Positions 31,245-41,173 of a stretch of DNA of 64,000 bases are shown piece after piece (position 1 is the first letter of the stretch; each line of letters begins with the position of its first letter). Made by a program: the position numbers and the translations under genes. The notes beneath the pieces were generated by a model, which had not been told where the DNA came from, ran no database searches, and was given only the letters and a program-made list of their open reading frames with translations. The DNA is taken from contig JAHHIM010000055.1 in NCBI GenBank assembly GCA_019358915.1, positions 64,001-128,000 of the forward strand. The letters are read 5' to 3'. The stretch is from Trichormus sp. ATA11-4-KO1. Lineage in GTDB: Bacteria > Cyanobacteriota > Cyanobacteriia > Cyanobacteriales > Nostocaceae.

Positions 31245-32270
31245 TTAAAGTAGCGCACGGATAGCCTGAACCATTCGGCGATTTTCTACTTTCATCTGAG
31301 GTATCGTGAACATCTGGAAGGTTAAGGTACCTGGGTTAGTTTGAGGTAATAACGCCACGTTAATCCGCAAACCCCCTACTTCTGCGGAAGCGATGGTATT
31401 AAAGTTATCCTTTAGTCCGAAGCTAGCTAACTGACCCGCGTCTGCATCAGCTAAGTCAAAAGACATTAACTCGACACATGAGCTATCAAAGGTAACGATT
31501 TGTCCTACGGGGCAGTCTTTATCTGTTTTGATAGGTACGCCGTCATAATGGCGTTCACCAGGAGCTAAGTCTACAGCCGAGCGAGTTGTTACCCCTGAGA
31601 TTTGATAGTTACCCGCAATAGTATCAAATAGCTCATTATATACTTGGCTAGTTAATGGGGACGTTACGATGGTATTATACATCACCTCCTCTAACTGGAG
31701 TACCCGATGGAAATCATACAGGATTTTACGGGTTAGCGCTCGGTTAGCGCCGGAGGTGTCCAGGATAGGTACCCAGTTAGGGTAAGCCACAGGGTCTATG
31801 TTGGCATAAGGTACAGCAGGGTCTAAGACGACTGGGAAGCCTACAAAGCCACCGTCTGCCGCAATACCTGTACCCGTCCAGATTAGGTTATTAATCTTTT
31901 TCCGGATGGTTAGTAAACCTGCCTTGATGTGGTGACTAAACAGTCGCTTGATGTTGTTCGTCCCGCGTCTGCGAGCATCCACTAGCTCTACACGGTTAAG
32001 CGAGAACTGATGATATACTTTGTAGCTACCAATACCTAAGTTAGCCTGGATAGTATCACCCGTATTTTGGTCAACGCCTGCTACAGACATAGCTGCTACT
32101 GCTACAGCGCTATCGGTAGCAATAACATTCCAGTTCATGTCAGTATGGTCAGCAGTCCTGACTCTTCCCTGTGCAGAAAGTAGGTCTAGAGTTACGGCAT
32201 CCCGTAACCGTAAGTCCACTTCTTGTTCTTCGATTATTTTCGCTAATACTTGAGCAGGCGCGTAAGGCAT
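31245..32270 (-). CDS. Major capsid protein
   Basis: 341 aa after scaffold; LIWTGTG, YDGVPI..D..CP motifs consistent with HK97-fold capsids. Confidence 0.75.
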   Translation of the reverse strand: MPYAPAQVLAKIIEEQEVDLRLRDAVTLDLLSAQGRVRTADHTDMNWNVIATDSAVAVAAMSVAGVDQNTGDTIQANLGIGSYKVYHQFSLNRVELVDARRRGTNNIKRLFSHHIKAGLLTIRKKINNLIWTGTGIAADGGFVGFPVVLDPAVPYANIDPVAYPNWVPILDTSGANRALTRKILYDFHRVLQLEEVMYNTIVTSPLTSQVYNELFDTIAGNYQISGVTTRSAVDLAPGERHYDGVPIKTDKDCPVGQIVTFDSSCVELMSFDLADADAGQLASFGLKDNFNTIASAEVGGLRINVALLPQTNPGTLTFQMFTIPQMKVENRRMVQAIRALL

Positions 32271-32347
32271 ATTTCTTTAAGTTAGTGGTTTGAATATGTA
32301 GGGCTAACTAGGATCGTTAACCCAAGCAATAATACTACTTAGTCAAC

Positions 32348-32959
32348 TTACAAGCCCATATCAGATATCATGTCATCTACACTGACATCTTTAGGGTTGA
32401 CTGGTTGGTTACCTGGTGGTTGTTTTAACCCTGGCGTTCCCGTACCGTTTTGGTGTTGACTCGGTAAGAAGTGTAGACCTTCAGGAGTACCAAAAAACCG
32501 GTCTACGGCTTCCGATAACTTAGAGCCATCCTTTGTATACCATTGACCGTCTTTTTGCACAGCGCCATTACGTAGCTCTCGGCTCAGTATTTCACTTACT
32601 AACCCTTGGTGTAACACATTACCTTTAGTTGCTAAGGCATCCTTAAGGTTATTACTAAAATGTAAATCTTCAGCCTCTTTAACCCTCTGCTGCTCTCTGG
32701 CTTCTGACTCAGCTAACTTAGCCTCTAGCATTTTCAAGCGATTAGCCACAGGGTCGGAGTTATCAGGTTCAGGTTCTGATGCAACCTCAAACTGATTTAG
32801 TCGATCATTGATGGGTTTAAGTTGCTCATTAAAATATGACTCAAACTCTGAAAAAGCACCCTTAAGCGCTACTGGTAAGCTAGCGTTAAAAGTGCTTTGG
32901 ATTAGTTCTTTGATTTCTTCAGGGGTCATAGTACCTTTTCTTTTATGGTACTTTGTCAA
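32348..32959 (-). CDS. Capsid scaffolding protein
   Basis: Charged coiled coil, GTGT/P-rich tail, directly upstream of capsid gene. Confidence 0.65.
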   Translation of the reverse strand: MTKYHKRKGTMTPEEIKELIQSTFNASLPVALKGAFSEFESYFNEQLKPINDRLNQFEVASEPEPDNSDPVANRLKMLEAKLAESEAREQQRVKEAEDLHFSNNLKDALATKGNVLHQGLVSEILSRELRNGAVQKDGQWYTKDGSKLSEAVDRFFGTPEGLHFLPSQHQNGTGTPGLKQPPGNQPVNPKDVSVDDMISDMGL

Positions 32960-32961
32960 GT

Positions 32962-33168
32962 TTACATAGGGTCTATGAACTGGTTAATGGCGTTTTCAGT
33001 CTCTATGGGTTGGTCTTCCATGAATAAGTTAAAGCTACCTGCGCGGGTATTTAGGGTAATATATGTCTCCTGCTCAGTAACGCCTATAATATCAAACTGG
33101 TCTATGATTATGCTGGTGGTGTCAGTGGAATCTAGGGATTCAGCCACTTCTAAGGTTATTTGTCTCAT
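32962..33168 (-). CDS. Small acidic protein, candidate immunity partner of upstream nuclease
   Basis: 68 aa, 13 D/E vs 2 R; 4-bp overlap with the upstream ORF. Confidence 0.5.
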   Translation of the reverse strand: MRQITLEVAESLDSTDTTSIIIDQFDIIGVTEQETYITLNTRAGSFNLFMEDQPIETENAINQFIDPM

Positions 33169-34571
33169 GGTTTACTAGGGCTGTTAACCTGGTCTTTATT
33201 TCTTAAGTCTAGCATTGTTTTATAGGTCTTGTCCACTTTCTCTAGTGATTTTTCCCAAAGACTCTTAACCTCTAGCTCTGTTATATCCCCATTACTCAGC
33301 CTACGGTTTAGTTCGTTAGTTAACACATTAGACTCTTTACGGTAGACCTCCCGCCAAAAACTATTACGGAAGTTACTAAACCATGGCTCCCTTCCCCCTT
33401 CACCGGTTTTAGGGATGCCAAACTCGGTTAGTTTACCAGTATCCGGATGAATACCTAAAGGGTGATTAGCTTCATATAACTTACGGTTGGTGAAGTCGTG
33501 AGTACCTCCGGCTAGAACCACTAACTGTCTTTCGGATTGTGCTTGTATCTTAATCTCATAGCCCTTAATAGTTTCTCCTTTACGGTTAGTTTTCTCTATG
33601 GGGTTTAGTAGCTCCCTCATTTGACTCTTAGCTTCATCGAGGGTTATTAGACCTCCCTCGTAATCCTTAGTAACATCACTAAACTGCTTATTAGACCACT
33701 GGTCTACGTGATGTATTTGCATCTGACCATAGGGGATTTTTTTACCTTGGTCTGTGGTCATTAAAGATTTATCTATAGACCCGTGTAACGTAGGTTTCCA
33801 TTCAGGGGCAGGGGGGTTAACTGATTTAGCCTCTACGTAGCTAGCGTACTTGGCTAGATCATCCATCACTCGTTCGTTACTCATCTCTCTAAGCTTAGGG
33901 GATAATGACGGTACTCCTCGTACTAACTCTCCTTGGAACTCATAGGTCTTATCTTGGCGGTTTAAGACAACCCTTTTACCGTCTACTATTACGGCATATT
34001 CCCTATTACGTTCTTTTTTCTCCTTAAAGGTCTTATCTCTATCCTTAAGCCGTGGTTGGTTAACCCATAGTTCTACCTTACCGTTTTTTATGGTTATGGT
34101 GTCCTGGCTAGCGGGTGGTCTAGCGGTGGGTAGACGTTTTGCTCTAACCTTGGGTTGTCCAGTGTCCCTTGTGCTGGCTTTAGTCTTCCTAGGTTTCTTA
34201 GTGGTACTTTTAGAGAGAACGGGGGGTTTAGCTTTAGCTTTAGCTTCCGTTCTATCCTTAAGTGCCGACTGCAACCTTTTTCGCTGGTCAATATTTAGTC
34301 TTTGATATAGCTCAAGCCGTGCTTGGTATACCGTAGCTGCTTTTTTAGCAGCATTAAGGGTCATCGATTGCTTTATAATATCGGCGCGGGTGAGCTTACG
34401 CGCCGGGGGTGTCCGGTCAAAGCTAAGTCCCTTTAATCTTGCTTGCTTATTTCTAACGCTACTACGGCGACCTGTAGCGGTATTAGGTAAATCTAGTGTT
34501 TCTGCAAACCGCCCGTTACGGCTTCTAGCGTAGTATGTGCGTACTCTTCCGCCACGGATTACTTTAGCCAT
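33165..34571 (-). CDS. Basic N-terminal region fused to LHH-type HNH/EndoVII nuclease domain
   Basis: QIHHVDQ...LVVL....H.......H...R..F..FR..FWR pattern; K/R-rich N-terminal half; directly after portal. Confidence 0.6.
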   Translation of the reverse strand: MAKVIRGGRVRTYYARSRNGRFAETLDLPNTATGRRSSVRNKQARLKGLSFDRTPPARKLTRADIIKQSMTLNAAKKAATVYQARLELYQRLNIDQRKRLQSALKDRTEAKAKAKPPVLSKSTTKKPRKTKASTRDTGQPKVRAKRLPTARPPASQDTITIKNGKVELWVNQPRLKDRDKTFKEKKERNREYAVIVDGKRVVLNRQDKTYEFQGELVRGVPSLSPKLREMSNERVMDDLAKYASYVEAKSVNPPAPEWKPTLHGSIDKSLMTTDQGKKIPYGQMQIHHVDQWSNKQFSDVTKDYEGGLITLDEAKSQMRELLNPIEKTNRKGETIKGYEIKIQAQSERQLVVLAGGTHDFTNRKLYEANHPLGIHPDTGKLTEFGIPKTGEGGREPWFSNFRNSFWREVYRKESNVLTNELNRRLSNGDITELEVKSLWEKSLEKVDKTYKTMLDLRNKDQVNSPSKP

Positions 34572-36189
34572 TCAAACCCCCTAGAATCCCTAAGGCTTCC
34601 TCTTCAGTAAACCCGTACGCTTCAGCCAAGTCTTTAGTAGTTACCTCTTTAGTTACTTTGTCAGCATCAGGACTTTCTAAGGTTTCTAAAGGTTCATCCG
34701 CGTTACTAATGTCTGCAAAGAGTTCATCTAGCTCTTTCTTAATCTTTTCTTCATCTTCTGGGCTAGCAGTGCCTACCATAAGTTGGGCTAGTTTCCCGTA
34801 GGTAATCTTTTTAGCTGTAGGTGGGACATAGGGTAACTCTTCAATAACCGAAAGCTGGTTGATTAAATCTTCCATCTTATCCACGGAGTAGCTACTTAAC
34901 CCGGTGGCTGTTACCTCAGGTAGCCCTAACATCTTAGATACTATACGGAGTATTGAGTTATACAAAGATATTACCTGTTGACCGTAGTCCTTCATAGAGT
35001 CTTCTAAGAGGCTCATATCCATAGCCTTGGAAGCCCCCGACTGGTCTAGTACACTTGTATTAGCACTAGCAAAATGTAGGGACACTAACTCCTTAATCTG
35101 CTGTTCAATCTTGTCTAGTTGCCCCTGGAGGTTAGCTAGCGCCGACCCAGTAGACTCTACGAACTGATAACCATTACCTACTAAAATATGTGCGTTACCT
35201 GCTAGCCTTAGTTCATTTGCGTAATCTGGCTGCTCATAAGTAATCCTAGGGTCATCGCTGGGGGGGACATCGGGGGGGGTGAATAATCGCTGAACTACCC
35301 CTGATAAATATCCCGCATCCGTCCAAGCATTTTCGATACGCAGGTGCTGTACCTGCTTATTGTAAACTTGTTTACATACCCACTTCTCACTTGGTAGTGT
35401 GAGAGTGGTTATCATTCTCTCATTTAGATTATGTTGCCAGACTTTAGTAGGCTCTAGGTACAGGTTGTCATCATCCCAGGGTAACCATTCTTTTTTCTTA
35501 GCGTCCCATACAGACTTTAGTGTGTCGTAGTAGTTACCCTCGCTATCCTTAGCCACCTTGAGTTTTACCTCAGCTTCATAAATAATATTCTCGTTTAATC
35601 CCCAATAAGTCCATCGACAAATAGTCTTAGGTTGCTGGAATGGCGCTACTTCTGGGTAGTAGTGCTTAGAAATAGCCCAGTCATCACCCCAGTAAGGGAT
35701 ATCTAAAGGGTCATATAAAACTACATAGGGGTTATTAGGTAACCCCTGGGATTCATAGGCAGTTCTAGGAGTGACACCCAAGTCTGGACGGTCTACTGCT
35801 GCCCAAATCCTTGAGTAGTAAAGTAAACCATTAAATATTTCGTGTAGTAGGTTAGCCTCTTTACGCTTGGCAACTTTAGGGCTAGCATTATTGGCTCTAA
35901 AATCAGACCAGAAATCATTATCAGCACCACTAAGGTGTACAGGGCTACCTGCAAGCTTGGCTGAGTACTTGTTGACCGCATCAGACATCACGGGCGTGTA
36001 TGAGAACTTCTGAAGACGCATATGATAGAGTTCGCTGTCTTCGTCAGGTCTCTTAGGTAGATAAAGTTGCACATTACGCTTGATGGCACATACACCCTCC
36101 TTGAGATCCTTGATAGTACGCCAAATAGAGCTGTGTGCCACATAATCCGGATGTTGTATTTCTAAGTCTCTAAGCCTTCTGGTTGACAT
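34564..36189 (-). CDS. Portal protein
   Basis: HPDY, YLPK..DE....Y..RL, QSGASK..D motifs; follows terminase. Confidence 0.85.
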   Translation of the reverse strand: MSTRRLRDLEIQHPDYVAHSSIWRTIKDLKEGVCAIKRNVQLYLPKRPDEDSELYHMRLQKFSYTPVMSDAVNKYSAKLAGSPVHLSGADNDFWSDFRANNASPKVAKRKEANLLHEIFNGLLYYSRIWAAVDRPDLGVTPRTAYESQGLPNNPYVVLYDPLDIPYWGDDWAISKHYYPEVAPFQQPKTICRWTYWGLNENIIYEAEVKLKVAKDSEGNYYDTLKSVWDAKKKEWLPWDDDNLYLEPTKVWQHNLNERMITTLTLPSEKWVCKQVYNKQVQHLRIENAWTDAGYLSGVVQRLFTPPDVPPSDDPRITYEQPDYANELRLAGNAHILVGNGYQFVESTGSALANLQGQLDKIEQQIKELVSLHFASANTSVLDQSGASKAMDMSLLEDSMKDYGQQVISLYNSILRIVSKMLGLPEVTATGLSSYSVDKMEDLINQLSVIEELPYVPPTAKKITYGKLAQLMVGTASPEDEEKIKKELDELFADISNADEPLETLESPDADKVTKEVTTKDLAEAYGFTEEEALGILGGLNG

Positions 36190-36237
36190 AAGGTGTTAAC
36201 CCTGTTAATATAGTAATATATTTAACTAGAAATAGTC

Positions 36238-36453
36238 ATGAAAGTAAATATAGGTGACACTTTAATACATAAGGGTGAGGCAAACCAGAATATTAAAAAG
36301 GTAGCGGTGATCAAAGTCGGGCGAAAGTATGCCTACGTATCTGACGGCTACTCTTCGATTAAGCTGTTAGATATAGGTAATGGCGTATTCTTCGACAGAT
36401 ACCGTGATTACTACTATACTCCTAGTGCTTTTGAGCGTTTCAAAAGTAAATGA
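36238..36453 (+). CDS. Small beta-barrel phage protein (early)
   Basis: VIKVGRKYAYV motif; promoter TTGACA(36183)-17-TAATAT. Confidence 0.65.
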   Translation: MKVNIGDTLIHKGEANQNIKKVAVIKVGRKYAYVSDGYSSIKLLDIGNGVFFDRYRDYYYTPSAFERFKSK

Positions 36454-36464
36454 AATCATGTCCG

Positions 36465-37739
36465 TCAGCCCACCTTAGTAGCTAGAGCATATCGGGTGGC
36501 ATCACATGTGTGACTAAAGTAACCATCTGCTACGTTATCTGTAAACTGCCCATTTTTATCAGTTAGCCTATGGTAGGCTTCATGCAAATCATAGGCTTCC
36601 ATCCCATCTAAAGAATCAGTAACACTATCGTTAAGACCGGCTGTAAAAAGTAGGTCTTTTTGTTTTATTAACCCGTGTACTTGCCCAATACCTTCCCAGA
36701 TGGGATTATAGCCAGCGATGGCGTTACGATACCCCGGTTCACTACCTAGCGATCGCATGGCTAGAATACTTGATGGTCTACTAGGGTCACAATATGTGTA
36801 ACCTATAGACCATTTTTTAACCAACCTCTTAAAGTTACCATGTAGCACTGGGTCTGTTATAGGCTGGGCATTCCTAGGATCTGCGTTGGGAGACCAGCCC
36901 TCCAAATAGTACCACCGTCTATCTATACCTCTTCCTAGTACGCTAATGTTAGGGTGTAGGTCGCCCCAATCTACCCCGGCTACCACCAGGCTTAACTTAG
37001 GTATATCCCCAAAATATTTATTATCGATACCTAACTCGCTATAGATTTTACCAGGGAAGTCTACGAAGTTAGCCTCGTATTCTTGTCTGAATAACCTAGC
37101 TGGATAAGTCAGCCTGGCTCTCTCTATCTCTTCTCTAGGGATGGTAGGGTTAGCTGATGTCGGGTAAGTAAAGAAAGCCCAGTCTGGGTCATGCTCTGCA
37201 TTCTGGGATAAAACATATAGGTTATTTTGTTTACCTTTAGGGGTACCGGTGAACAAAGCCCGACTACCAGGCGTATCAGACATAGCCGGACGGATAACTT
37301 CGTCAAATGCAATCGGGTGAATATCTTGAGCCTCGTCTAACCACACAAAGTAGAGTTTAAGCCCTCTTAAACGGTCACCGCCTGAGTCATTGGCACCTAC
37401 TATCTTAATCTGCACATCATTAATCAACTTAGCGTACATAGATGTACGGTTGATTTCCTTGACCAGTTTATCTATCCCTGGGCTAGTCAGTATGTTGTAC
37501 AAAGGTTTCCAGATAACTTCCCTAGCCTGGTTAGCCGTAGGTAACACCCCAAGGACGGTTACAGGGAACTTAGGGTCTACTTTACCTTTAAAAGATAAAC
37601 CCCGGATGATTAACTCGGTGATACCTAGGGCAGTTTTGCCGAACCTTCGCCCGTTACAGGTGACCCTAAACCTTTTAGGGTTACTAAAGATTTCCCTTTG
37701 GGCTTCATGTAGCTTAAATGGTACAACTATCTGGCTCAT
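36465..37739 (-). CDS. terL: Terminase large subunit
   Basis: GRRFGKT Walker A, LRG...WLDEA Walker B, TGTPKG, GVDWG nuclease motif, H.CDA.RYA. Confidence 0.95.
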   Translation of the reverse strand: MSQIVVPFKLHEAQREIFSNPKRFRVTCNGRRFGKTALGITELIIRGLSFKGKVDPKFPVTVLGVLPTANQAREVIWKPLYNILTSPGIDKLVKEINRTSMYAKLINDVQIKIVGANDSGGDRLRGLKLYFVWLDEAQDIHPIAFDEVIRPAMSDTPGSRALFTGTPKGKQNNLYVLSQNAEHDPDWAFFTYPTSANPTIPREEIERARLTYPARLFRQEYEANFVDFPGKIYSELGIDNKYFGDIPKLSLVVAGVDWGDLHPNISVLGRGIDRRWYYLEGWSPNADPRNAQPITDPVLHGNFKRLVKKWSIGYTYCDPSRPSSILAMRSLGSEPGYRNAIAGYNPIWEGIGQVHGLIKQKDLLFTAGLNDSVTDSLDGMEAYDLHEAYHRLTDKNGQFTDNVADGYFSHTCDATRYALATKVG

Positions 37740-38050
37740 AAAGTATCCTCTAACGCCATAAGTTGGATACTAACGGTAACTTCAGGGTCTACTGATTCCA
37801 GTTCTGCGAGCCTACTGATTTCTTTATAAACAGCTAGTTTCCCCATGACGGCTTGTAGGGCTACCTGGGGAAACTTCTCTATAACTATTAGTACACCGTC
37901 TTTGACAGACACTTTCTCTTGGGATATACCATCCATACACTGTTGTCGGATGTCCTCAAGTTGCCTGAGGATATCTGGTAGGTCTGCCGCATGTTCCCCT
38001 ACCGAGTCTATGAGCTTCTTAGCTCTAGCTTTGTAGTCCGATTGAGACAT
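37736..38050 (-). CDS. Putative terminase small subunit
   Basis: 104-aa helical ORF overlapping the terL start by 4 bp. Confidence 0.55.
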   Translation of the reverse strand: MSQSDYKARAKKLIDSVGEHAADLPDILRQLEDIRQQCMDGISQEKVSVKDGVLIVIEKFPQVALQAVMGKLAVYKEISRLAELESVDPEVTVSIQLMALEDTL

Positions 38051-38488
38051 TTATAAATAAATAGTCAAAATATCTGTTAGCGCTTGGCAGAATAGGAGGA
38101 ATAGTGGTAACTTTAAGCCTTCGGTACGCTCTTCTACCTCTAAATACTTCTCACATACTGTACGGTACGATTCTTTTAGCTCTGTACCTTGGAACGTAGT
38201 AAGGTTCTGTTCTTTGCGTCTCGTCAGGTAACGACCTGATATGTTTCTAGTGGCTTCTACAGTATTCTGGTACGCTCTACCGTACTCCTGGGCTATTACC
38301 CGGCTCAGTCCTTGCATCTTGGGGTTACATGCCTCATTACCATATCTAGCTCTAATAGCCGTCCATATAGTAGTTCTAGACCGTCCATATATCCGCCCAA
38401 TCTTTCGTAAAGATAAGCCCTCGTAGACCCAGTGTTGATAAAGTACTTCTGCGTCTGGTAAAGTGGGTAGCTTTTTAGTGGTTGACAT
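38051..38488 (-). CDS. HTH DNA-binding protein
   Basis: EGLSLRKIGRIYGRSRTTIW helix-turn-helix. Confidence 0.65.
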   Translation of the reverse strand: MSTTKKLPTLPDAEVLYQHWVYEGLSLRKIGRIYGRSRTTIWTAIRARYGNEACNPKMQGLSRVIAQEYGRAYQNTVEATRNISGRYLTRRKEQNLTTFQGTELKESYRTVCEKYLEVEERTEGLKLPLFLLFCQALTDILTIYL

Positions 38489-38522
38489 GGTATAATAAAT
38501 ACATTATGATAGAGGGTTAACA

Positions 38523-38759
38523 ATGTTTACTGGAAGTATCAACAATATTCGCCAATGGTTTTTAGTGGACTCGGTAAAGGCTATGTTCATCGGCACTTTC
38601 GCACGAGTTCACATTTTTAGGACTGACGGGGTTGACAGTGACGGTCAACCAAAGCTTATTCAAGTGCCTTTAGAGACACTAGCGGATTACCAGATTAACC
38701 CGGTACCGCTTGTGACCTCTAAAGTTAAAGCTGAGGTAGAAGAGCGTACTGCCCGTTAA
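38523..38759 (+). CDS. Phage hypothetical protein
   Basis: GAGG RBS; promoter TTGACA(38482)-17-TATGAT. Confidence 0.5.
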   Translation: MFTGSINNIRQWFLVDSVKAMFIGTFARVHIFRTDGVDSDGQPKLIQVPLETLADYQINPVPLVTSKVKAEVEERTAR

Positions 38760-39585
38760 CTAGAACTGGGAACACCCCACCGCTCCAACGTCTTAATACT
38801 TCCTTAAAGTAAGGAAGTAAAGAACGTTCATGGGCGTGTTTAACCGCATCAGCGCCTACTAGTATTTCTTGCCAGCCGTCAAAATGTCTACCTAAAACTA
38901 CATAGTATATGGATAGACTCACAGATCCCTTAATATCGGGGGGATTAGGGGGGTTATCCCAAATGACGACGTAAGGCTCATTCTGGTGGCTTAGCTTATC
39001 TTTGATACGCCTATAATGTAGCTCACTATTGAATGCTTCTATGATGCCTAGGTAATCTGTGCTAACCGTATAGTTTTGTAGCTCGTTGATAGTACAAACG
39101 TTATACTGAGTAGATGGTACAATAGTTTGACTCACCTTAACATCTCCAGGGCTATCCGTGATGTACACGGATGTCCCCGGTGTCTTCCAGGCTAACCATT
39201 CTGCGATCTTCAGGGACTCTTGACGGTCGCCTATAACACAAGTTGGTAGCCCCAGGGTTGCTAAGGTTTCCCAGTTATACTCCTCAATGGTTATGGAAGG
39301 CTCTTGTAACTGCTTGAACTCTACGTTAGTACGTGTTTGAGCGCTTATATCCTCATAGTCGTTTAGGATGTACTTAGTCTGATCTGCAACTTTTACGCTA
39401 CTACGGGCGGCTATGGTAGCCCCAACCCCTATCCCTGTCAGTAACCAGCCCAAGTCTTTTTGTCCAAGCTTCCCAGATACCAGCCCACCTAAGCACGCTA
39501 AGGCTATTGATGTGGCTACAATAGCGGATAGTTTAGAACTATCCAAAGCTTGCTTATAAAAAGCGTAATCAAAAGGTTTAGTCAT
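38725..39585 (-). CDS. Two-TM protein with degenerate P-loop (FtsK/HerA-like) domain
   Basis: Two N-terminal TM helices; TCVIGDRQES at Walker A position, VVIWD at Walker B position. Confidence 0.45.
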   Translation of the reverse strand: MTKPFDYAFYKQALDSSKLSAIVATSIALACLGGLVSGKLGQKDLGWLLTGIGVGATIAARSSVKVADQTKYILNDYEDISAQTRTNVEFKQLQEPSITIEEYNWETLATLGLPTCVIGDRQESLKIAEWLAWKTPGTSVYITDSPGDVKVSQTIVPSTQYNVCTINELQNYTVSTDYLGIIEAFNSELHYRRIKDKLSHQNEPYVVIWDNPPNPPDIKGSVSLSIYYVVLGRHFDGWQEILVGADAVKHAHERSLLPYFKEVLRRWSGGVFPVLVNGQYALLPQL

Positions 39586-39763
39586 CTATCTGTGTCCATA
39601 ACTCAGGGTTGTCTATTTTACAAAGCCATTCACCTTCATCCTTGACTGCGTACCAGGTGCCTCCTACGAGAACTGCTACCTGAGGTATGCTGCTAATAAC
39701 GGTACGGGTAAGTACAAAGGTGCCTGGGCTTGGCTCAACTTCTCTTACTTCTAACCAGTTCAT
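39578..39763 (-). CDS. Small phage protein (DUF551-like pattern)
   Basis: MNWLEV....P..G..VL N-terminus. Confidence 0.5.
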   Translation of the reverse strand: MNWLEVREVEPSPGTFVLTRTVISSIPQVAVLVGGTWYAVKDEGEWLCKIDNPELWTQIDD

Positions 39764-40119
39764 AAGATGGCTAGTATAAATCCCAATAGCGCGCTAGTAG
39801 TGGTAAACAGGCAATCTCTAACCATTGCGGTATCTTTATTAGCAGCTATTACCATAAATACAGCCATGAGTAACCAGAAAGCCCCGAAAGCTACTTGAAT
39901 AGCCACAGGGGTAATGAGCGCTATTTCTGCGGACGCTTTAGCCATAAATAACCACTGAAGACTCACAACGATCGCGTCTATAGGATTGGTAGGTACTGAA
40001 AATAGATTTATCCACTGACTTAGGTTAGGTCGGGTTTCCCTGTTACCTACTACGGTTGCAGTAGGTCTAAACTGAGAGGTCTGAGATACCAGGGGGTTAC
40101 TGTTAGGATTATCTGACAT
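39760..40119 (-). CDS. Membrane protein with about 3 TM helices
   Basis: Hydrophobic segments in the C-terminal 70 aa. Confidence 0.6.
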   Translation of the reverse strand: MSDNPNSNPLVSQTSQFRPTATVVGNRETRPNLSQWINLFSVPTNPIDAIVVSLQWLFMAKASAEIALITPVAIQVAFGAFWLLMAVFMVIAANKDTAMVRDCLFTTTSALLGFILAIL

Positions 40120-40285
40120 TAAAACCCCTAAGTTTATCTATAACTTCATCTGTACGTTCTTCACGTTGCTGATATACTTTTAGTTTCTCTTCCGTAACCT
40201 TTAATACTTCTGAAGTAGACCATAGTTGCCATGCCAGGAAGCCTGCGCAAGCTATAAAAACTAAAGGATAACTTTTTTCTTCCAT
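40109..40285 (-). CDS. 58-aa single-TM plus coiled-coil protein (not in ORF track)
   Basis: MEEKSYPLVFIACAGFLAWQLWSTSEVLKVTEEKLKVYQQREERTDEVIDKLRGFNVR behind promoter at 40345. Confidence 0.55.
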   Translation of the reverse strand: MEEKSYPLVFIACAGFLAWQLWSTSEVLKVTEEKLKVYQQREERTDEVIDKLRGFNVR

Positions 40286-40341
40286 ACGACCTTAGAGGAA
40301 GTGCTTACTTCCTCTATTATAGCTTAGGTTAACCTGGACTG

Positions 40342-41112
40342 TCAACCCAAGGAATGAGATATTATGTACTTAATCACAGGTAGTGTAAGACAGTTAGCCA
40401 GTGCTAATCTTCGTTTACATTTACGTATACTATCTGTGTAACCCGGTGGTAGCCCTTGGGCATTTTCAAAGTCAACCCATGTCATGGGGGTATACTCGAA
40501 GTCTTGGAAGTAGTCATAGGGTAGTGGGTATTTTTGCCAAGCGTTAGTTTTTATGCTCCTGGTAAGTGTAGGAATATAACTGGAGAACCTATGAGACCCG
40601 GAAGCGGTAACCCTGTAGCCCCAGTGGTGATCTACTCTCTCAATATACCCAGCGTTATTAGGATGCACCACGGGAATGTTAGTCCAGTAGCATCTTAGTT
40701 TGTTTTGTAAAGTCCAGTAGCGGGAGTTAATGATTATATGAGGCACCTCTAAGGCTTCAGAGATCGTGTCTAATATCTTCTTATCTTCCACTATACTCTC
40801 AAATACCCACCATGTAGGGTCGGTCTTGTTCTTAATCCTTAAAGCTTCCCAGAATAGGCTAGAGCGGTACCCATTTAAACCTTTACGTTTACCTACTATG
40901 CTAATGTCTTGGTAGGGGCTACCACATATTAAGTAGTCTATCGGGTCTAAGTTTTTTACATCCCTTATATCCCTAATACCTGGAAACTTTTCACGGGTAA
41001 AGTTAGTCAGCATAGGGTCTACCCCTACTGTGTAATACTCAAAGTCTCCTAAAGTTTCCTGCATAGCTAGCCCAACCACACCTACGTCATCAAACAGGCT
41101 TAATAGCTTCAT
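40342..41112 (-). CDS. C5-cytosine methyltransferase homolog lacking catalytic residues
   Basis: LSLFD, GSP(Y)QD, RSSLF, E(SI), INS...QN..R.YWTNIP; PC to PY, ENV to ESI. Confidence 0.8.
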   Translation of the reverse strand: MKLLSLFDDVGVVGLAMQETLGDFEYYTVGVDPMLTNFTREKFPGIRDIRDVKNLDPIDYLICGSPYQDISIVGKRKGLNGYRSSLFWEALRIKNKTDPTWWVFESIVEDKKILDTISEALEVPHIIINSRYWTLQNKLRCYWTNIPVVHPNNAGYIERVDHHWGYRVTASGSHRFSSYIPTLTRSIKTNAWQKYPLPYDYFQDFEYTPMTWVDFENAQGLPPGYTDSIRKCKRRLALANCLTLPVIKYIISHSLG

Positions 41113-41173
41113 CTTCTGGCTCCATTTATATAACTACTATAGTTTGGTTAACTAGGACTGTCAACGCTATTAC

